IMG/VR virus record: IMGVR_UViG_3300036790_000500
Location: 43,054 to 107,053 of that record
Length of the DNA: 64,000 bases
Origin: a virus
Direction: 5' to 3' (one strand)
Position numbers and translations under genes: made by a program. A model generated the notes under the pieces. The model made no database searches, was not told the DNA's origin, and saw only the letters and a program-made list of their open reading frames with translations. Shown here one piece after another: positions 1 through 9,416 of this stretch. How positions within the stretch are numbered: position 1 is the first letter of the stretch; each line of letters starts with the position of its first letter.

Positions 1-111
1 TCCCTTAGTGAGATGGAGGAGATGGTGCGAACGTTCCTTGCAACGCCGTTCGGTGAGGGTCGTCATGCCGCTCGCGTGGATAAGGTTTGGCGGCTGGAGC
101 GTCGTCCGTGA
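1..111 (+). CDS. rpiB: Ribose-5-phosphate isomerase B (RpiB/LacAB family), 3' fragment
   Basis: Frame 1 reads SLSEMEEMVRTFLATPFGEGRHAARVDKVWRLERRP*, matching the RpiB C-terminal F..T.F.GGRH..RV.K motif. Its TGA (109-111) overlaps the GTG start of the next gene. Not in the ORF track. Confidence 0.8.
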   Translation, partial: SLSEMEEMVRTFLATPFGEGRHAARVDKVWRLERRP

Positions 112-995
112 GACTCACCGTCATCGGCGACGCCATCGAGGACGAGGTCGTTGACCTCGAGGTCCTGCATGAGGGAGCCGAGGGCCAACCCACGTATCGA
201 GAGGTTCGTCGACGTCTCATGGCCGGTGGGGCCGCGAACGTTGCTAAGCACTGCGCTCGTCTCGGGGCCCATGTTTACCTCGTTCACAGCGGAAAGCCGG
301 AGACGTTCAAGGACGACCTCACGCTGCGAGAGTCGCTGCAAATCATGCAAAACTACGAGGTCGGTCAGGGGTCGGGTCCCCGTGCCGTCATTCGCAAGAC
401 GCGGTATTATTGCGGTGACAGGAAGGTGTTGAAGGTCAACCATCCACCCGAGTGCGAGACGCAGGGGCCCGATGTCACCAGTCAAATGTTGCTCTATGGA
501 CACACTGATGCCGTGCTTGCCTGTGACAACGGTCACGGCTTCTTTAACCAAGAGAATGCCCAAGAATTGGTCCGCCTGTGTGACCGCCGAAGCATTCCTT
601 TGTTTGTAGACTGTCAGGCATCCAGCGGGAGTCCATGCTTCGAGCGATGGTTTGGAGCCAACTCTGTCTTCGTTAACAAGGATGAGGCGGAGCACCTCGG
701 GGCGGCGTGCTCTCGGTTTGAGAACGTTCACTATAAGTGCGGTTTTGCCGGTTCACGCCTCGTCAACCGGAGTACCCCTCCATATGTTCGCGAAGTATGC
801 GGCGGATACTCGGTCAAGGTCGTTGATGCAGTCGGGGCCGGCGACGCCTACATGGCCGCCTGGGCTGTCCATGGAAACCTGAACCTCGCTAACGCCTGGG
901 CGGCCCTCTCCTGTAAGCGAAGGGGAACCGAGTTGCCGGAACTCTCTGAGATTGGAGAAATAGATGCGTCTCTTGCTCGATACGGCGAACCTTGA
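108..995 (+). CDS. PfkB-family sugar kinase, HldE/RfaE kinase-domain-like (copy 1)
   Basis: VIGD..ED, GGAANVA, KTRY and the C-terminal DAVGAGD anion-hole motif. GTG start at 108 (GTGA overlap) preferred over 87. Confidence 0.85.
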   Translation: MRLTVIGDAIEDEVVDLEVLHEGAEGQPTYREVRRRLMAGGAANVAKHCARLGAHVYLVHSGKPETFKDDLTLRESLQIMQNYEVGQGSGPRAVIRKTRYYCGDRKVLKVNHPPECETQGPDVTSQMLLYGHTDAVLACDNGHGFFNQENAQELVRLCDRRSIPLFVDCQASSGSPCFERWFGANSVFVNKDEAEHLGAACSRFENVHYKCGFAGSRLVNRSTPPYVREVCGGYSVKVVDAVGAGDAYMAAWAVHGNLNLANAWAALSCKRRGTELPELSEIGEIDASLARYGEP

Positions 996-1629
996 TGACG
1001 TCAAGCGCTTTGCACAGAATGATGCCATAGCCGGCGTTACCACTAACCCGTCCCTTGTCGCGAGGGAGCAACGGGCCAACTACTTCTCACTCCTGCGTTC
1101 AATCGCTGACGTATTGGGACCGTCTCCGCATCTGAGTGTCGAGGTCATTACCCTTGACCCGGACATAATGTTAAAGCAGGCGGACAGCCTCCATGAACTC
1201 ATTCCTTGTGCGGCAATCAAGGTCCCAGTCCTCCCTGAAACGCTTCGGGTCATCACTCGTTTGCATGACATGAAGATAGCCGTGAATGCGACCGCCTGCT
1301 TCACAGCGCTTCAGGCAAAGATTGCTGAGGATGCGGGTGCGGACTTCGTCTCGTTTTTCTTCAATCGAATGATAGATGCAAAAAGCGGGCAGAGTAATCC
1401 ACGTGAGCACGCTCTCGCTGAGATTTCGACATACAAGCATCGCTTCTGTAGACAGGCCAAGGTCATTTGCGGTAGCATCAGAGAGCCGCTCGACATTCAG
1501 GACTGCTGGGCAAACGGTGCAGACTTCGTGACGGCATCGGCCAAGGTTATCGACCGCGCCGTCACACACGTGAAGACGACCGAGAGCGTGCAGCAGTTTC
1601 AGAAGGACATCGAAGCATGGCTCGCATAA
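964..1629 (+). CDS. talC: Transaldolase, short TalC/FSA type
   Basis: LLLDTANLDD, GVTTNPSL, Schiff-base IKVP, VNATACF and GSIR motifs; 221 aa. Confidence 0.9.
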   Translation: MRLLLDTANLDDVKRFAQNDAIAGVTTNPSLVAREQRANYFSLLRSIADVLGPSPHLSVEVITLDPDIMLKQADSLHELIPCAAIKVPVLPETLRVITRLHDMKIAVNATACFTALQAKIAEDAGADFVSFFFNRMIDAKSGQSNPREHALAEISTYKHRFCRQAKVICGSIREPLDIQDCWANGADFVTASAKVIDRAVTHVKTTESVQQFQKDIEAWLA

Positions 1630-1997
1630 GCAAGAGGACGCTGGCAGAGCGTCATATCCAGGCCCGCGGATGGGGCCGAGAGCATTGGATTGAGAACCTT
1701 CCAGAGTATTGCGGGAAGATACTCGTGATTGACCCGGGAAAGCGCGGCTCATTTCACTTCCATCAAAACAAGATGGAAACGATGCTGGTTATTAAGGGAG
1801 CAATGCGGCTCAGGCTGCTCGACACCGACACGGCAGAGGAGTACTTTCAGGTGCTTATAGAGAACGAAAGCATTCTGCTTAAGCCAGGCCAACCCCATCA
1901 GATAATCAACGATTACAGTGACGAGGAGTTGGTGGTCATCGAGTTCAGCACCATCCATGAGGAGACCGACAGTAAACGCATTCAGAAGGGGGACTGA
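1617..1997 (+). CDS. Cupin-fold sugar isomerase/epimerase-like protein
   Basis: GWGREHW..N...YCGKIL, HFHQNKMET, PGQPHQ and EFST..EETDS.RI.KGD motifs. Confidence 0.8.
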   Translation: MARISKRTLAERHIQARGWGREHWIENLPEYCGKILVIDPGKRGSFHFHQNKMETMLVIKGAMRLRLLDTDTAEEYFQVLIENESILLKPGQPHQIINDYSDEELVVIEFSTIHEETDSKRIQKGD

Positions 1998-2000
1998 GGA

Positions 2001-2924
2001 ATGCGTTTCAATATGGTGGGAGCCTTTCTTCGCAACTTCCCGTTTGGGACGGAAATCGCCTTCGCGAAGGGCCTCGAGCGCCGCGGCCACACGGTCCATC
2101 GCATCGACCCGGGATATCCGAACCAGGTCTGGGACGATGACGCCGACGCCACGATAGTCTTCAAGTGGATTGACCTCGGTCTGAAAGACGTCTACGAGCG
2201 GCTCGAACGCTGTGCCGGTCTGAAGGTCGTCTACCAGCCCGACGACGCCAGGTTTCCACACATCAAGGAGATGATAAGGGGGATGCGTGGCTTCTGTACG
2301 CACCTGCTGTCGTTCGATGACTACGGCGCGGAATACGCGTTGACCGTCGGATACCTCGATGCGGAGACGCTGCGAGTGACCGCCGATGATGAACTGTACT
2401 GTCCCGACTCGAATGTGGAGCGGGACATCGACGTTTCGTTCGTGGGTAGCCTGACCGCTGGCCCGAACCACGCCTCCCGCATGGAGATGTGTCGCCTGGT
2501 ACAGGCCTGGGCGAACGCTAACGGTAAGACCACGTGGTTCGGGGAGACGTACTTCAGCGTTCCCGGCTACCCCTCTCCACTCGACATCTACAGGCGCTCC
2601 AAGGTCGTTCTTAATCATGCGACGGACGTTGGTCAGCCGTTCGGATGGGGGCACGGTTTTCAGTGCAGACACTTTGAGGTGGGGATGGCCGGAGTGTTCC
2701 TGCTCTCGAACATGGTGTATGGGGAACGGTTTGAACTGCTCCATACCCAGTATGGAAACGAGACCCAGTTAATCAACAAGTTGGAAACATACCTCGGCAC
2801 CGGTGGAGGGGTTCTCTTTGACCGAGAGGTCCTCGCAGGCTTCCATCGCAATAACATTCTTCGTGAACACATGCCGGAGCATCGCGCTGACCAGATAGTG
2901 AGTTTCGTCAAGAGGAACACGTGA
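2001..2924 (+). CDS. Glycosyltransferase (CgeB/Glyco_trans_1_2-like)
   Basis: DIDVSFVGS, YRRSKVVLN, RHFEVGMAGVFLLS and C-terminal H..EHRA..I motifs. Confidence 0.8.
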   Translation: MRFNMVGAFLRNFPFGTEIAFAKGLERRGHTVHRIDPGYPNQVWDDDADATIVFKWIDLGLKDVYERLERCAGLKVVYQPDDARFPHIKEMIRGMRGFCTHLLSFDDYGAEYALTVGYLDAETLRVTADDELYCPDSNVERDIDVSFVGSLTAGPNHASRMEMCRLVQAWANANGKTTWFGETYFSVPGYPSPLDIYRRSKVVLNHATDVGQPFGWGHGFQCRHFEVGMAGVFLLSNMVYGERFELLHTQYGNETQLINKLETYLGTGGGVLFDREVLAGFHRNNILREHMPEHRADQIVSFVKRNT

Positions 2925-3553
2925 GGAACATCGCAGACACTGGGGTTGGTTGTAAACTGAATCTCGGTTGCGGGGACGACGTGCGAGAGGGACACGTTAA
3001 CGTCGACTTTAGGCAGACCCATCCGAACGTCATCATCGCCGACCTCTCCAGGTTTCCCTGGCCGTTCGCTGATGCTTGCGCCTCACAGGTCCTGATGCTG
3101 GACTTTCTTGAGCATTTCCCATGGGCCCAGACGGCGCAGATACTACTTGAGTGCTATCGGGTGCTTGAGCCGAGTGGGGTCGTGGTGGTCCAGGTCCCGG
3201 ACGCCCTTCATACGACCCGGGCCCTGACGCAACGGGGGCACTACCGCTGCAACCGATGTGGCGCGGGGTTCCATGACGGCGAGGTCACGGGCACACGACC
3301 TGGGTGCCCTGGGTGTGGACAGACCAGGGACGAGGTCTCCGAGGTCGCCATGCGAAGGTTCTACGGCGGTCAGGACTACCCGGGAAACTGGCATCAGACC
3401 TGTTTCACGGAGCAGATGTTGAGGTCGAAGGCCAAGGCCGCAGGCCTGGAGCAAATCGAGCGTGGAACACACGACGCTAAGGCCGGCGACGACGAACATT
3501 ACTGGGCGAACTGGACGCTGCACATGACGTTCAGGAAGGGTGACTTGTGGTAG
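2921..3553 (+). CDS. SAM-dependent methyltransferase (type 11-like) with CxxC...CxxC insertion
   Basis: KLNLGCG, VNVD, DL..FPWPF, FLEHF and ECYRVL..SG motifs; insert CNRC...CPGC. Confidence 0.8.
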   Translation: MRNIADTGVGCKLNLGCGDDVREGHVNVDFRQTHPNVIIADLSRFPWPFADACASQVLMLDFLEHFPWAQTAQILLECYRVLEPSGVVVVQVPDALHTTRALTQRGHYRCNRCGAGFHDGEVTGTRPGCPGCGQTRDEVSEVAMRRFYGGQDYPGNWHQTCFTEQMLRSKAKAAGLEQIERGTHDAKAGDDEHYWANWTLHMTFRKGDLW

Positions 3554-4617
3554 AAGACCGCTCCCGAAACCTCCGCGTCGCCTTCGTCGGTCAGTCCCGC
3601 TCCCCTAACGACATGCCTGAGGGGTATTGGCCAACGTTCTTGAAGTTCCATATGGAACTCCCGTATTACTTTGCCATGAACGCTCCGATGGACGTGACCG
3701 TCACCACGACGGAGCCGGTCACGCACGAGTTCGAGAGCAATCTAGGCTCACTTCGCTGCATCACTGAGGATGAGTTCTGTGACAATCCGCAGACCGGGAT
3801 GAACTACGACGTCGTCGTGCACTGGCGGAAGTGGTTCGAGTCCCTGTACTGCATGGGCGGACGGAACGTCATCCTCTCCCAGGACCACTCGTACTCCCGT
3901 GACTGGTTGGAGACGGCCAAGGACGCCTATGTCGATGGCCTACTCGACGGCGTCCTGGTCTTCCCGACTTGGCATCGACGCAACACGGAACGCGAACTGA
4001 CCGGGGTCCTGCCCTCCAGCCGCCTCTACGAGGGTCTGACCTTCGGCGTGGACACCTCTGTCTATTACCCCATGGAGAAGGACCCCTTCCATCTCCTGTG
4101 GGCCTCCGACCCCGGCAGGGGCCTCGATGACTTCATCAACCCGTTCCTAAGGCTCTGGCAGCGCGACCGCCGGTTCCGCCTGACGGTGACCTATCCGGAC
4201 TACGTGAGGCCCGAGGCAGTCGCTCGGTTCTCAAGTTTTCTATCGCATCCGGCCGTTAGCCATCGGCCGAGACTACGCAACGGCCCTGAACTCTGGAACC
4301 TCTTCAACTCGGCCGGCTTCCTGCCGTATTCCTCCAATTTTCCAGAGCCGTCGAGCCGTTGCCATCGCCAGGCCATGGCCGCCGGCTGCTGCGTGCTCTA
4401 TCCCCCGAACATGGGAACGCCGTCCGAGACCATCGAGAGCGGTTTGACGGGAGTAATCGAGAGTCCTCGGCTCTGGTCTGACGTGATACCTACGCTTGTG
4501 AAAACCGGACAGTGGGAGGAACTCGGGCATAACGCTCGCGTGTTCGCTCACTCCGAGAGGTGGGCGGTCCAGGCCCAGCGTTTCTACGACTTCTTCTCCA
4601 GGGGACTCCAGCAGTGA
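3547..4617 (+). CDS. Glycosyltransferase (GT4/GT-B-like)
   Basis: LLWASDPGRGLD, YSSNFPEPSS...QAMAAGC, SETIESGLTG and terminal W..QA..F motifs. Confidence 0.8.
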   Translation: MVEDRSRNLRVAFVGQSRSPNDMPEGYWPTFLKFHMELPYYFAMNAPMDVTVTTTEPVTHEFESNLGSLRCITEDEFCDNPQTGMNYDVVVHWRKWFESLYCMGGRNVILSQDHSYSRDWLETAKDAYVDGLLDGVLVFPTWHRRNTERELTGVLPSSRLYEGLTFGVDTSVYYPMEKDPFHLLWASDPGRGLDDFINPFLRLWQRDRRFRLTVTYPDYVRPEAVARFSSFLSHPAVSHRPRLRNGPELWNLFNSAGFLPYSSNFPEPSSRCHRQAMAAGCCVLYPPNMGTPSETIESGLTGVIESPRLWSDVIPTLVKTGQWEELGHNARVFAHSERWAVQAQRFYDFFSRGLQQ

Positions 4618-5603
4618 TTGACATCCAAGCCGAGGACTTCGTCCAGGCATTCGACATGACCCAGGCCACGGTCGGCCAGGTCGGTTACGGCTTCATTGGA
4701 AACGCAGTCGTTGAGTTGTTTCGACCGCACTGTCAAGTTGCGGTTTACGACAAGGCCGGCTACGGGGGCAAGGAGCGTCCACCCAATGTCACGCTTTGCG
4801 AGGACCTCGACGGCGTCGTGGCTAACGCTGAGGTCGTCTTCGTGGCCGTTCCGACCCCGATGAAGCCGTCGGGTGAGTGTCACACGGGCATCGTCGAAGC
4901 GGTGCTTCAAGACATCCAGAACTCCGCCGTTCGCATCGGTCGGGATGTGATGTCGTTCATCGTGGTCATCAAGAGCACGATGCCACCGGGCTTCACGGCG
5001 CGGATGCAGGAGAGGTACGCGCTCCGCATCCTCTTCTCTCCCGAGTTCCTGACGGAGGCGAACGCGGTCCAGGACTTTAAGAAGGCCAATCGCGTGATTC
5101 TCGGCGGTGAGGTAGAGGACGCTCGGGTCGTCTTCAAGTACTTCGAGGGAGTGTGGCCGGACCGCCAGCCGAACACTTGGATAAACGGCGAGGGAGGCCA
5201 CCCAGACGGACCGGTACAGGTCATTCAATGCGACAGCACCGAGGCCGAGATGGTCAAGTTGTCGACTAACGTTCACCTGACGGCAAGGGTAATGGTCTCC
5301 AACGAACTCTATCAAATCTGTCAGAAACTGGGAATCGACTACGACACCGTGCGACTGCTCACGCAACTTGACCGTCGCATCGGTCTCAGCCACATGAATG
5401 TGCCGGGTCCGGACGGTTCCCTGGGGTTCGGAGGCCATTGCTTCTGGAAAGACACACAGAGCCTTAAGTTCATTACGGAAAATCTGGGGACTCTCGGTCT
5501 ATCTGGTCGCTCTATCTTTCACACTCTCGTTGAGAGAAATCTTGAAATTCGTGAAGACCGTGACTGGGAAAAGCAACCCGGCAGGGCGGTCATCAATGAG
5601 TGA
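4614..5603 (+). CDS. UDP-glucose/GDP-mannose 6-dehydrogenase family protein (short form without C-terminal domain)
   Basis: VGYGFIG Rossmann motif, FVAVPTP, IKSTMPPG, FSPEFLTE, AEMVKL and catalytic GFGGHCFWKD. GTG start at 4614 via GTGA overlap. Confidence 0.88.
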   Translation: MIDIQAEDFVQAFDMTQATVGQVGYGFIGNAVVELFRPHCQVAVYDKAGYGGKERPPNVTLCEDLDGVVANAEVVFVAVPTPMKPSGECHTGIVEAVLQDIQNSAVRIGRDVMSFIVVIKSTMPPGFTARMQERYALRILFSPEFLTEANAVQDFKKANRVILGGEVEDARVVFKYFEGVWPDRQPNTWINGEGGHPDGPVQVIQCDSTEAEMVKLSTNVHLTARVMVSNELYQICQKLGIDYDTVRLLTQLDRRIGLSHMNVPGPDGSLGFGGHCFWKDTQSLKFITENLGTLGLSGRSIFHTLVERNLEIREDRDWEKQPGRAVINE

Positions 5604-6069
5604 GCGGTTTACGATTAACCTCGATGAACTCGAGTTCAACGGAGAGGCTGGGCTGCTGACCAACGTTCGTGGCCGCTGCATCGTGGCCAACGGCTGCTTC
5701 GACATCATCCATCCCGGTCATCTCTCTCTCCTCGCTAGCCTCGACACGCTGGCCTACCAGATGAAGTTGCGGCCCATCGTGGCCATGAACTCGGACGCTT
5801 CAGTTCGACGATTGAAGGGCGACGCCCGACCGATAGTCCCCCAGGAGAGCCGGTCCCTCCTCATCAACTCCCTGAAGTGGCCCCTGACGGTGGTCCTCTT
5901 TGACGAGGACACACCGCAACGGTTGATGGACGTGTTGCAGCCGGCCGCCGTTCTCAAGGGCTCCGAGTACCCGAAGGAAGCCGTGATACGATGGAGGGAC
6001 AGCCAGGTCGTCACGGTGGACATGGTCCCCGGGTGGTCGACCTCAAGGATAGTCGGCGATACGAGGTAA
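5596..6069 (+). CDS. HldE/RfaE domain II-like heptose-1-phosphate nucleotidyltransferase
   Basis: ANGCFDIIHPGH (HxGH), NSDASVRRLKG..RPI, FDEDTP, KGSEY and WSTSRI motifs. ATG at 5596. Confidence 0.88.
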   Translation: MSERFTINLDELEFNGEAGLLTNVRGRCIVANGCFDIIHPGHLSLLASLDTLAYQMKLRPIVAMNSDASVRRLKGDARPIVPQESRSLLINSLKWPLTVVLFDEDTPQRLMDVLQPAAVLKGSEYPKEAVIRWRDSQVVTVDMVPGWSTSRIVGDTR

Positions 6070-6070
6070 G

Positions 6071-7027
6071 TTGAAGAGGGTTCTGGTCATCGGGGACGTC
6101 ATCAAGGACGTCTACACCGACTGCGTTTTTAGAAAGATGTGTCCGGACGCGCCGACGGTCCCCGCGGCTCTCGTCGACCGAACTTCCTTCCGGCCCGGGG
6201 GTGCAGCGAACGTTGCCCTGAACATCGCCCAATTGGCACCCGGCGTCCACGTCGACCTAATCGGCGTCGTCGACGTGGACCTAAAGCGAACCATCGGAGC
6301 CATTTCTGAACAGATGGTTGCAATGGATTGGGCGGTCCTCGGGAGCCCCCTCGAGAAAAACCGTGTCTCCGTTGACGGTGAACTTCGGTTGCGTCTCGAC
6401 GACCAGGGAAAACTAAACCCCTGGTACGGCAGCCACATCGCCCTCAACCTGAGGGACTACCTCGGCTACGTCACTCCAGACCTCATAGTCTTGTCTGAGT
6501 ACGCCGGAGGGACGGTGGATGACCAATCCCTGGACCTTCTGCTTGAGCATCGCTCGAGGCTCCTGGTGGACACTAAGCGGACGGACCTATCGGTCTTCGC
6601 CGTGGGGGGCCAGTCCACCCTGCTTTGCAAACTGAACCATGAGGAGTGGATGAACGTCGTCAAGACCGATTCGACCCCTGAAGGCCACTTCAAGTACCTC
6701 GTCGTGACGGAGGGTCGAGCCGGGTCCGTCCTCCGTCGAATGGAGCGGTTGCTCGCGTCCCAGACAGGGGTCACCGTTGCCCGACACATCACCCATACGC
6801 TTCGAGTCTCGGCCGTCATGGCCGAGACGGTTGACGTCTGTGGCTGCGGGGACACGTACCTAGCCGGCATGGTCGCATCGCTCCTGGACAACGCGGACCC
6901 GTACACCGCCATGCAGTTCGGTGCCGCCGCCGCGGCCACCGTCGTCACGAAGCCTCGGGTCGCTGTGGCGGACCGCGCACTCACCCTGCAGATACTTGGA
7001 AGGACTCACGAAGATGAAACTCTCTAA
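6071..7027 (+). CDS. PfkB-family sugar kinase, HldE/RfaE kinase-domain-like (copy 2)
   Basis: RVLVIGDVIKDVY, CPDAP.VP, PGGAANVALN, LVDTKR, KLNHEE and DVCGCGDT motifs. Confidence 0.85.
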   Translation: MKRVLVIGDVIKDVYTDCVFRKMCPDAPTVPAALVDRTSFRPGGAANVALNIAQLAPGVHVDLIGVVDVDLKRTIGAISEQMVAMDWAVLGSPLEKNRVSVDGELRLRLDDQGKLNPWYGSHIALNLRDYLGYVTPDLIVLSEYAGGTVDDQSLDLLLEHRSRLLVDTKRTDLSVFAVGGQSTLLCKLNHEEWMNVVKTDSTPEGHFKYLVVTEGRAGSVLRRMERLLASQTGVTVARHITHTLRVSAVMAETVDVCGCGDTYLAGMVASLLDNADPYTAMQFGAAAAATVVTKPRVAVADRALTLQILGRTHEDETL

Positions 7028-7187
7028 CGAAGCCCTGGTGTCAATCATTGAGGCATTGCGTCTCGGTCTCACCGAAGGCGTGGACGTCTCCGAGTTGCTG
7101 AAGCGGCTCGACCTCGAACCAAACTCAGAGAACAGGCTCACACCAATAAAACCAGTGAATGAGGTTTTCACGCTGAAAACGGAGTGA
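7014..7187 (+). CDS. Small hypothetical protein
   Basis: ATG at 7014 (MKLSNEALVSIIEALRLGL...) fits the operon packing. Confidence 0.6.
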   Translation: MKLSNEALVSIIEALRLGLTEGVDVSELLKRLDLEPNSENRLTPIKPVNEVFTLKTE

Positions 7188-7189
7188 CC

Positions 7190-7390
7190 GTGGCTCGCTT
7201 TGATTACGAGTGTCAGAAGTGTAAGAGGGTCGTTGAGATTGAGCGGTCGGTCCATGACGAGTCTGACGTTCTTTGCTGCGAGCCCGACTGCGGTGCGATA
7301 CCGATGCTTCAACTGATTAGCAGGTCTACCTTCCACTTGAAGGGCCTCGGCTGGGCAGCCGAGGGATACTCGAAGAACGGAGTTGATTGA
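7190..7390 (+). CDS. FmdB-family zinc ribbon protein
   Basis: FDYECQKC...CCEPDCG...FHLKGLGWAAEGY; GGAG at 7181-7184. Confidence 0.8.
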   Translation: MARFDYECQKCKRVVEIERSVHDESDVLCCEPDCGAIPMLQLISRSTFHLKGLGWAAEGYSKNGVD

Positions 7391-7698
7391 TGATTCTGCT
7401 CGCTTGCTCCGTCGCATTGAACGTCGGCCTGGCTTTTCTCCTAGTTCGAATCGGTCGTCGACTACTGCAGTTCGATGAGGCCCTAGCGATTCTCACCGAG
7501 CCGATGCAGGACTACGCGGAGTACCTGAAGAAAGTGATGGACGCAGAGGGCGTGCTTCATGACAGTCCTGAGATTGTAGCCTTCCATAAGGCGAATCGAA
7601 ACGCACTGAAACTGATTGAGGGAGTCATCCAGGAGTCCTTCGCCGATAGGCCCAAGAAGCCGCGGCTGTCTAAGCTTCCCCGACCAGTCGTGAGGTGA
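7387..7698 (+). CDS. Small membrane-anchored hypothetical protein
   Basis: N-terminal hydrophobic helix ILLACSVALNVGLAFLLV. Confidence 0.6.
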   Translation: MMILLACSVALNVGLAFLLVRIGRRLLQFDEALAILTEPMQDYAEYLKKVMDAEGVLHDSPEIVAFHKANRNALKLIEGVIQESFADRPKKPRLSKLPRPVVR

Positions 7699-7702
7699 CG
7701 CA

Positions 7703-8377
7703 ATGCCAATGTACTTCGGCCCCGAGGTCGACGCCAAGATATCGGAATACGTCAAGGAGACTGACGTCCCCACGAAGAACAAGATTTTCGAAGACAGCAT
7801 CCGACCGGCGCTGCTCAAACTAATCGAGAGTCAACTCTACATGTACGGGTTCTATAAGATTGATGACCCGGACATGCTCAAGAACGAGTGCCTGTCAAAC
7901 CTATACGAGATTCTTCCCAAGTTCGACCCAAACAAGGGCAAGAAGGCCTTCTCGTACTTCAATGTCGTCGTCAAGAACTGGTTCATCTGGAAGATTCGCG
8001 ACAAGAACAAGCGGCTAAGGCAGCAGTCTGAGAACTTCTACGGCATCGACCACGACGTCGTCCGCAACGACCCATCGCTGATATCCGCCTCACACGAGGA
8101 TAACATCGTAGATGCGGAGTTCCTGCTCTCTCTTCATCGGGACATGGACAAGTGGCGACCGCTCCTTCAGAAGGACCAGGAACGAAAGGTCCTGGATGCC
8201 ATTCGGTTTCTCCTTCAGAATCCAGACCTGGTGACTATCTTTAACAAGAAGGCCGTCTTCTTTTACATTCGTGAAATCACGGGGTTGACCATGAAGCAGG
8301 TCAACCATAACATGAATAGATTGAGGGCCTTATACTCGGAGTTCCGAGAGAGGTTCCACAGTGGGGAAGAAGAGTGA
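7703..8377 (+). CDS. Phage late sigma factor (T4 gp55-like)
   Basis: Region-2-like ECLSNLYEILPKFDPNKGKKAFSYFNVVVKNWFI; lies immediately before the structural genes. Confidence 0.8.
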   Translation: MPMYFGPEVDAKISEYVKETDVPTKNKIFEDSIRPALLKLIESQLYMYGFYKIDDPDMLKNECLSNLYEILPKFDPNKGKKAFSYFNVVVKNWFIWKIRDKNKRLRQQSENFYGIDHDVVRNDPSLISASHEDNIVDAEFLLSLHRDMDKWRPLLQKDQERKVLDAIRFLLQNPDLVTIFNKKAVFFYIREITGLTMKQVNHNMNRLRALYSEFRERFHSGEEE

Positions 8378-8675
8378 AAAGGACTTGCTTGCAGAGAAGG
8401 TCGCCAAGGTCCTCGCCGATGCAGGCGACGACCGCGACCGAATCTCAAAGTTTCTCGACGACCTAATCAACTCGGTCTCGGGAACCGAGGTCATTGGCAT
8501 CGCGGAGTACGTCTCTAAGATTGCTGACGCTCTGACACGGCAAAACCAACTCCGCGTGGCCGCCCTCAAGGTGGAGCAGAAGGCCGGCGCGGCTGTATCT
8601 GATGATGACTCCGATGACATCGCTGGCGAGATTGGTCTGCCGTTCGAGCAGGAACTCGATGAGAGTTCGAACTGA
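8361..8675 (+). CDS. Hypothetical helical protein
   Basis: ORF fits the operon; acidic C-terminus. Confidence 0.6.
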   Translation: MGKKSEKDLLAEKVAKVLADAGDDRDRISKFLDDLINSVSGTEVIGIAEYVSKIADALTRQNQLRVAALKVEQKAGAAVSDDDSDDIAGEIGLPFEQELDESSN

Positions 8676-8833
8676 TGGTGGACCGCTCCCGCGTCGATAG
8701 GTTGCAGAAGATTGCCATCGAGATGGACGAGATTGTCCGTGAGATAGGTCCGAAATGGATTAAGTTGGCTCACCTTCGTAAGGAGAGCCAATCGATAATG
8801 GAGGAGTTGAGGGACGATGCCGAAAAGTTTTGA
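8675..8833 (+). CDS. Small coiled-coil hypothetical protein (52 aa)
   Basis: TGATG overlap; MVDRSRVDRLQKIAIEMDEIVREIGPKWIKLAHLRKESQSIMEELRDDAEKF*. Fills the gap and is below the ORF-track cutoff. Confidence 0.6.
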   Translation: MVDRSRVDRLQKIAIEMDEIVREIGPKWIKLAHLRKESQSIMEELRDDAEKF

Positions 8834-9416
8834 TTGGTATCGTCGGCCCGAACTCATCATCGCGGACCTGGTGCAGCGCGCCGGTCGCGGCGAACTCGAG
8901 GGTCGTCGGCAGTATTATCGTGCCGTCGTACTCGCGGTGGACCTTGAGGGAGGACTGCTTCAGAACAAGGGCGGCTCCGGTTCAATCACTGTGAAGCGCT
9001 CCGACGGGTCCTCCCAGACGTATAGCGCCGCTCCAGGGCTCGAGAACCCACGCGGTTCCGTGAAGGCCCGGATTCTAACTGATGGGTTCGACCGCCTCAT
9101 CACGGACGATGAGACTCGGGTCTTCTGGCCCATGTTTCCCACCGACCAGTTGGGCGTTCCCGTGGCTCCCGGTGAACACGTCTACGTGACCTTCGAAGGG
9201 AAGGGGACTGAGCACGGCCTCTGGCTCTCGCGGGTGTCTGGACAGGACTCCGCAGGCAGTTTTCAAGGCGTCGATTCGTACACGGCCCCCTCTGCGCAAC
9301 AGAGCGCGATGGACAACTTCGAACCGAATGACCCAGAGTACCAGCGAACGGACGCGTCGGCCGGCATGGCCCCAGGGGTGAGTGCCATGCGGTTCTTCGA
9401 CGGCGGAGACGACTAA
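8817..9416 (+). CDS. Baseplate hub/spike N-terminal OB-fold-like protein (gp5-N-like)
   Basis: RAVVLAV, VKARI and WPMFP...PVAPGEHVYVTF...WLSR; lies upstream of gp25. Confidence 0.6.
   Translation: MPKSFDWYRRPELIIADLVQRAGRGELEGRRQYYRAVVLAVDLEGGLLQNKGGSGSITVKRSDGSSQTYSAAPGLENPRGSVKARILTDGFDRLITDDETRVFWPMFPTDQLGVPVAPGEHVYVTFEGKGTEHGLWLSRVSGQDSAGSFQGVDSYTAPSAQQSAMDNFEPNDPEYQRTDASAGMAPGVSAMRFFDGGDD

Noticed and set aside
1-7027. Host LPS locus flanking a prophage
   Set aside because: Same strand, tight packing and the same GATC/AGCT avoidance as the phage genes; no integrase or att site seen.
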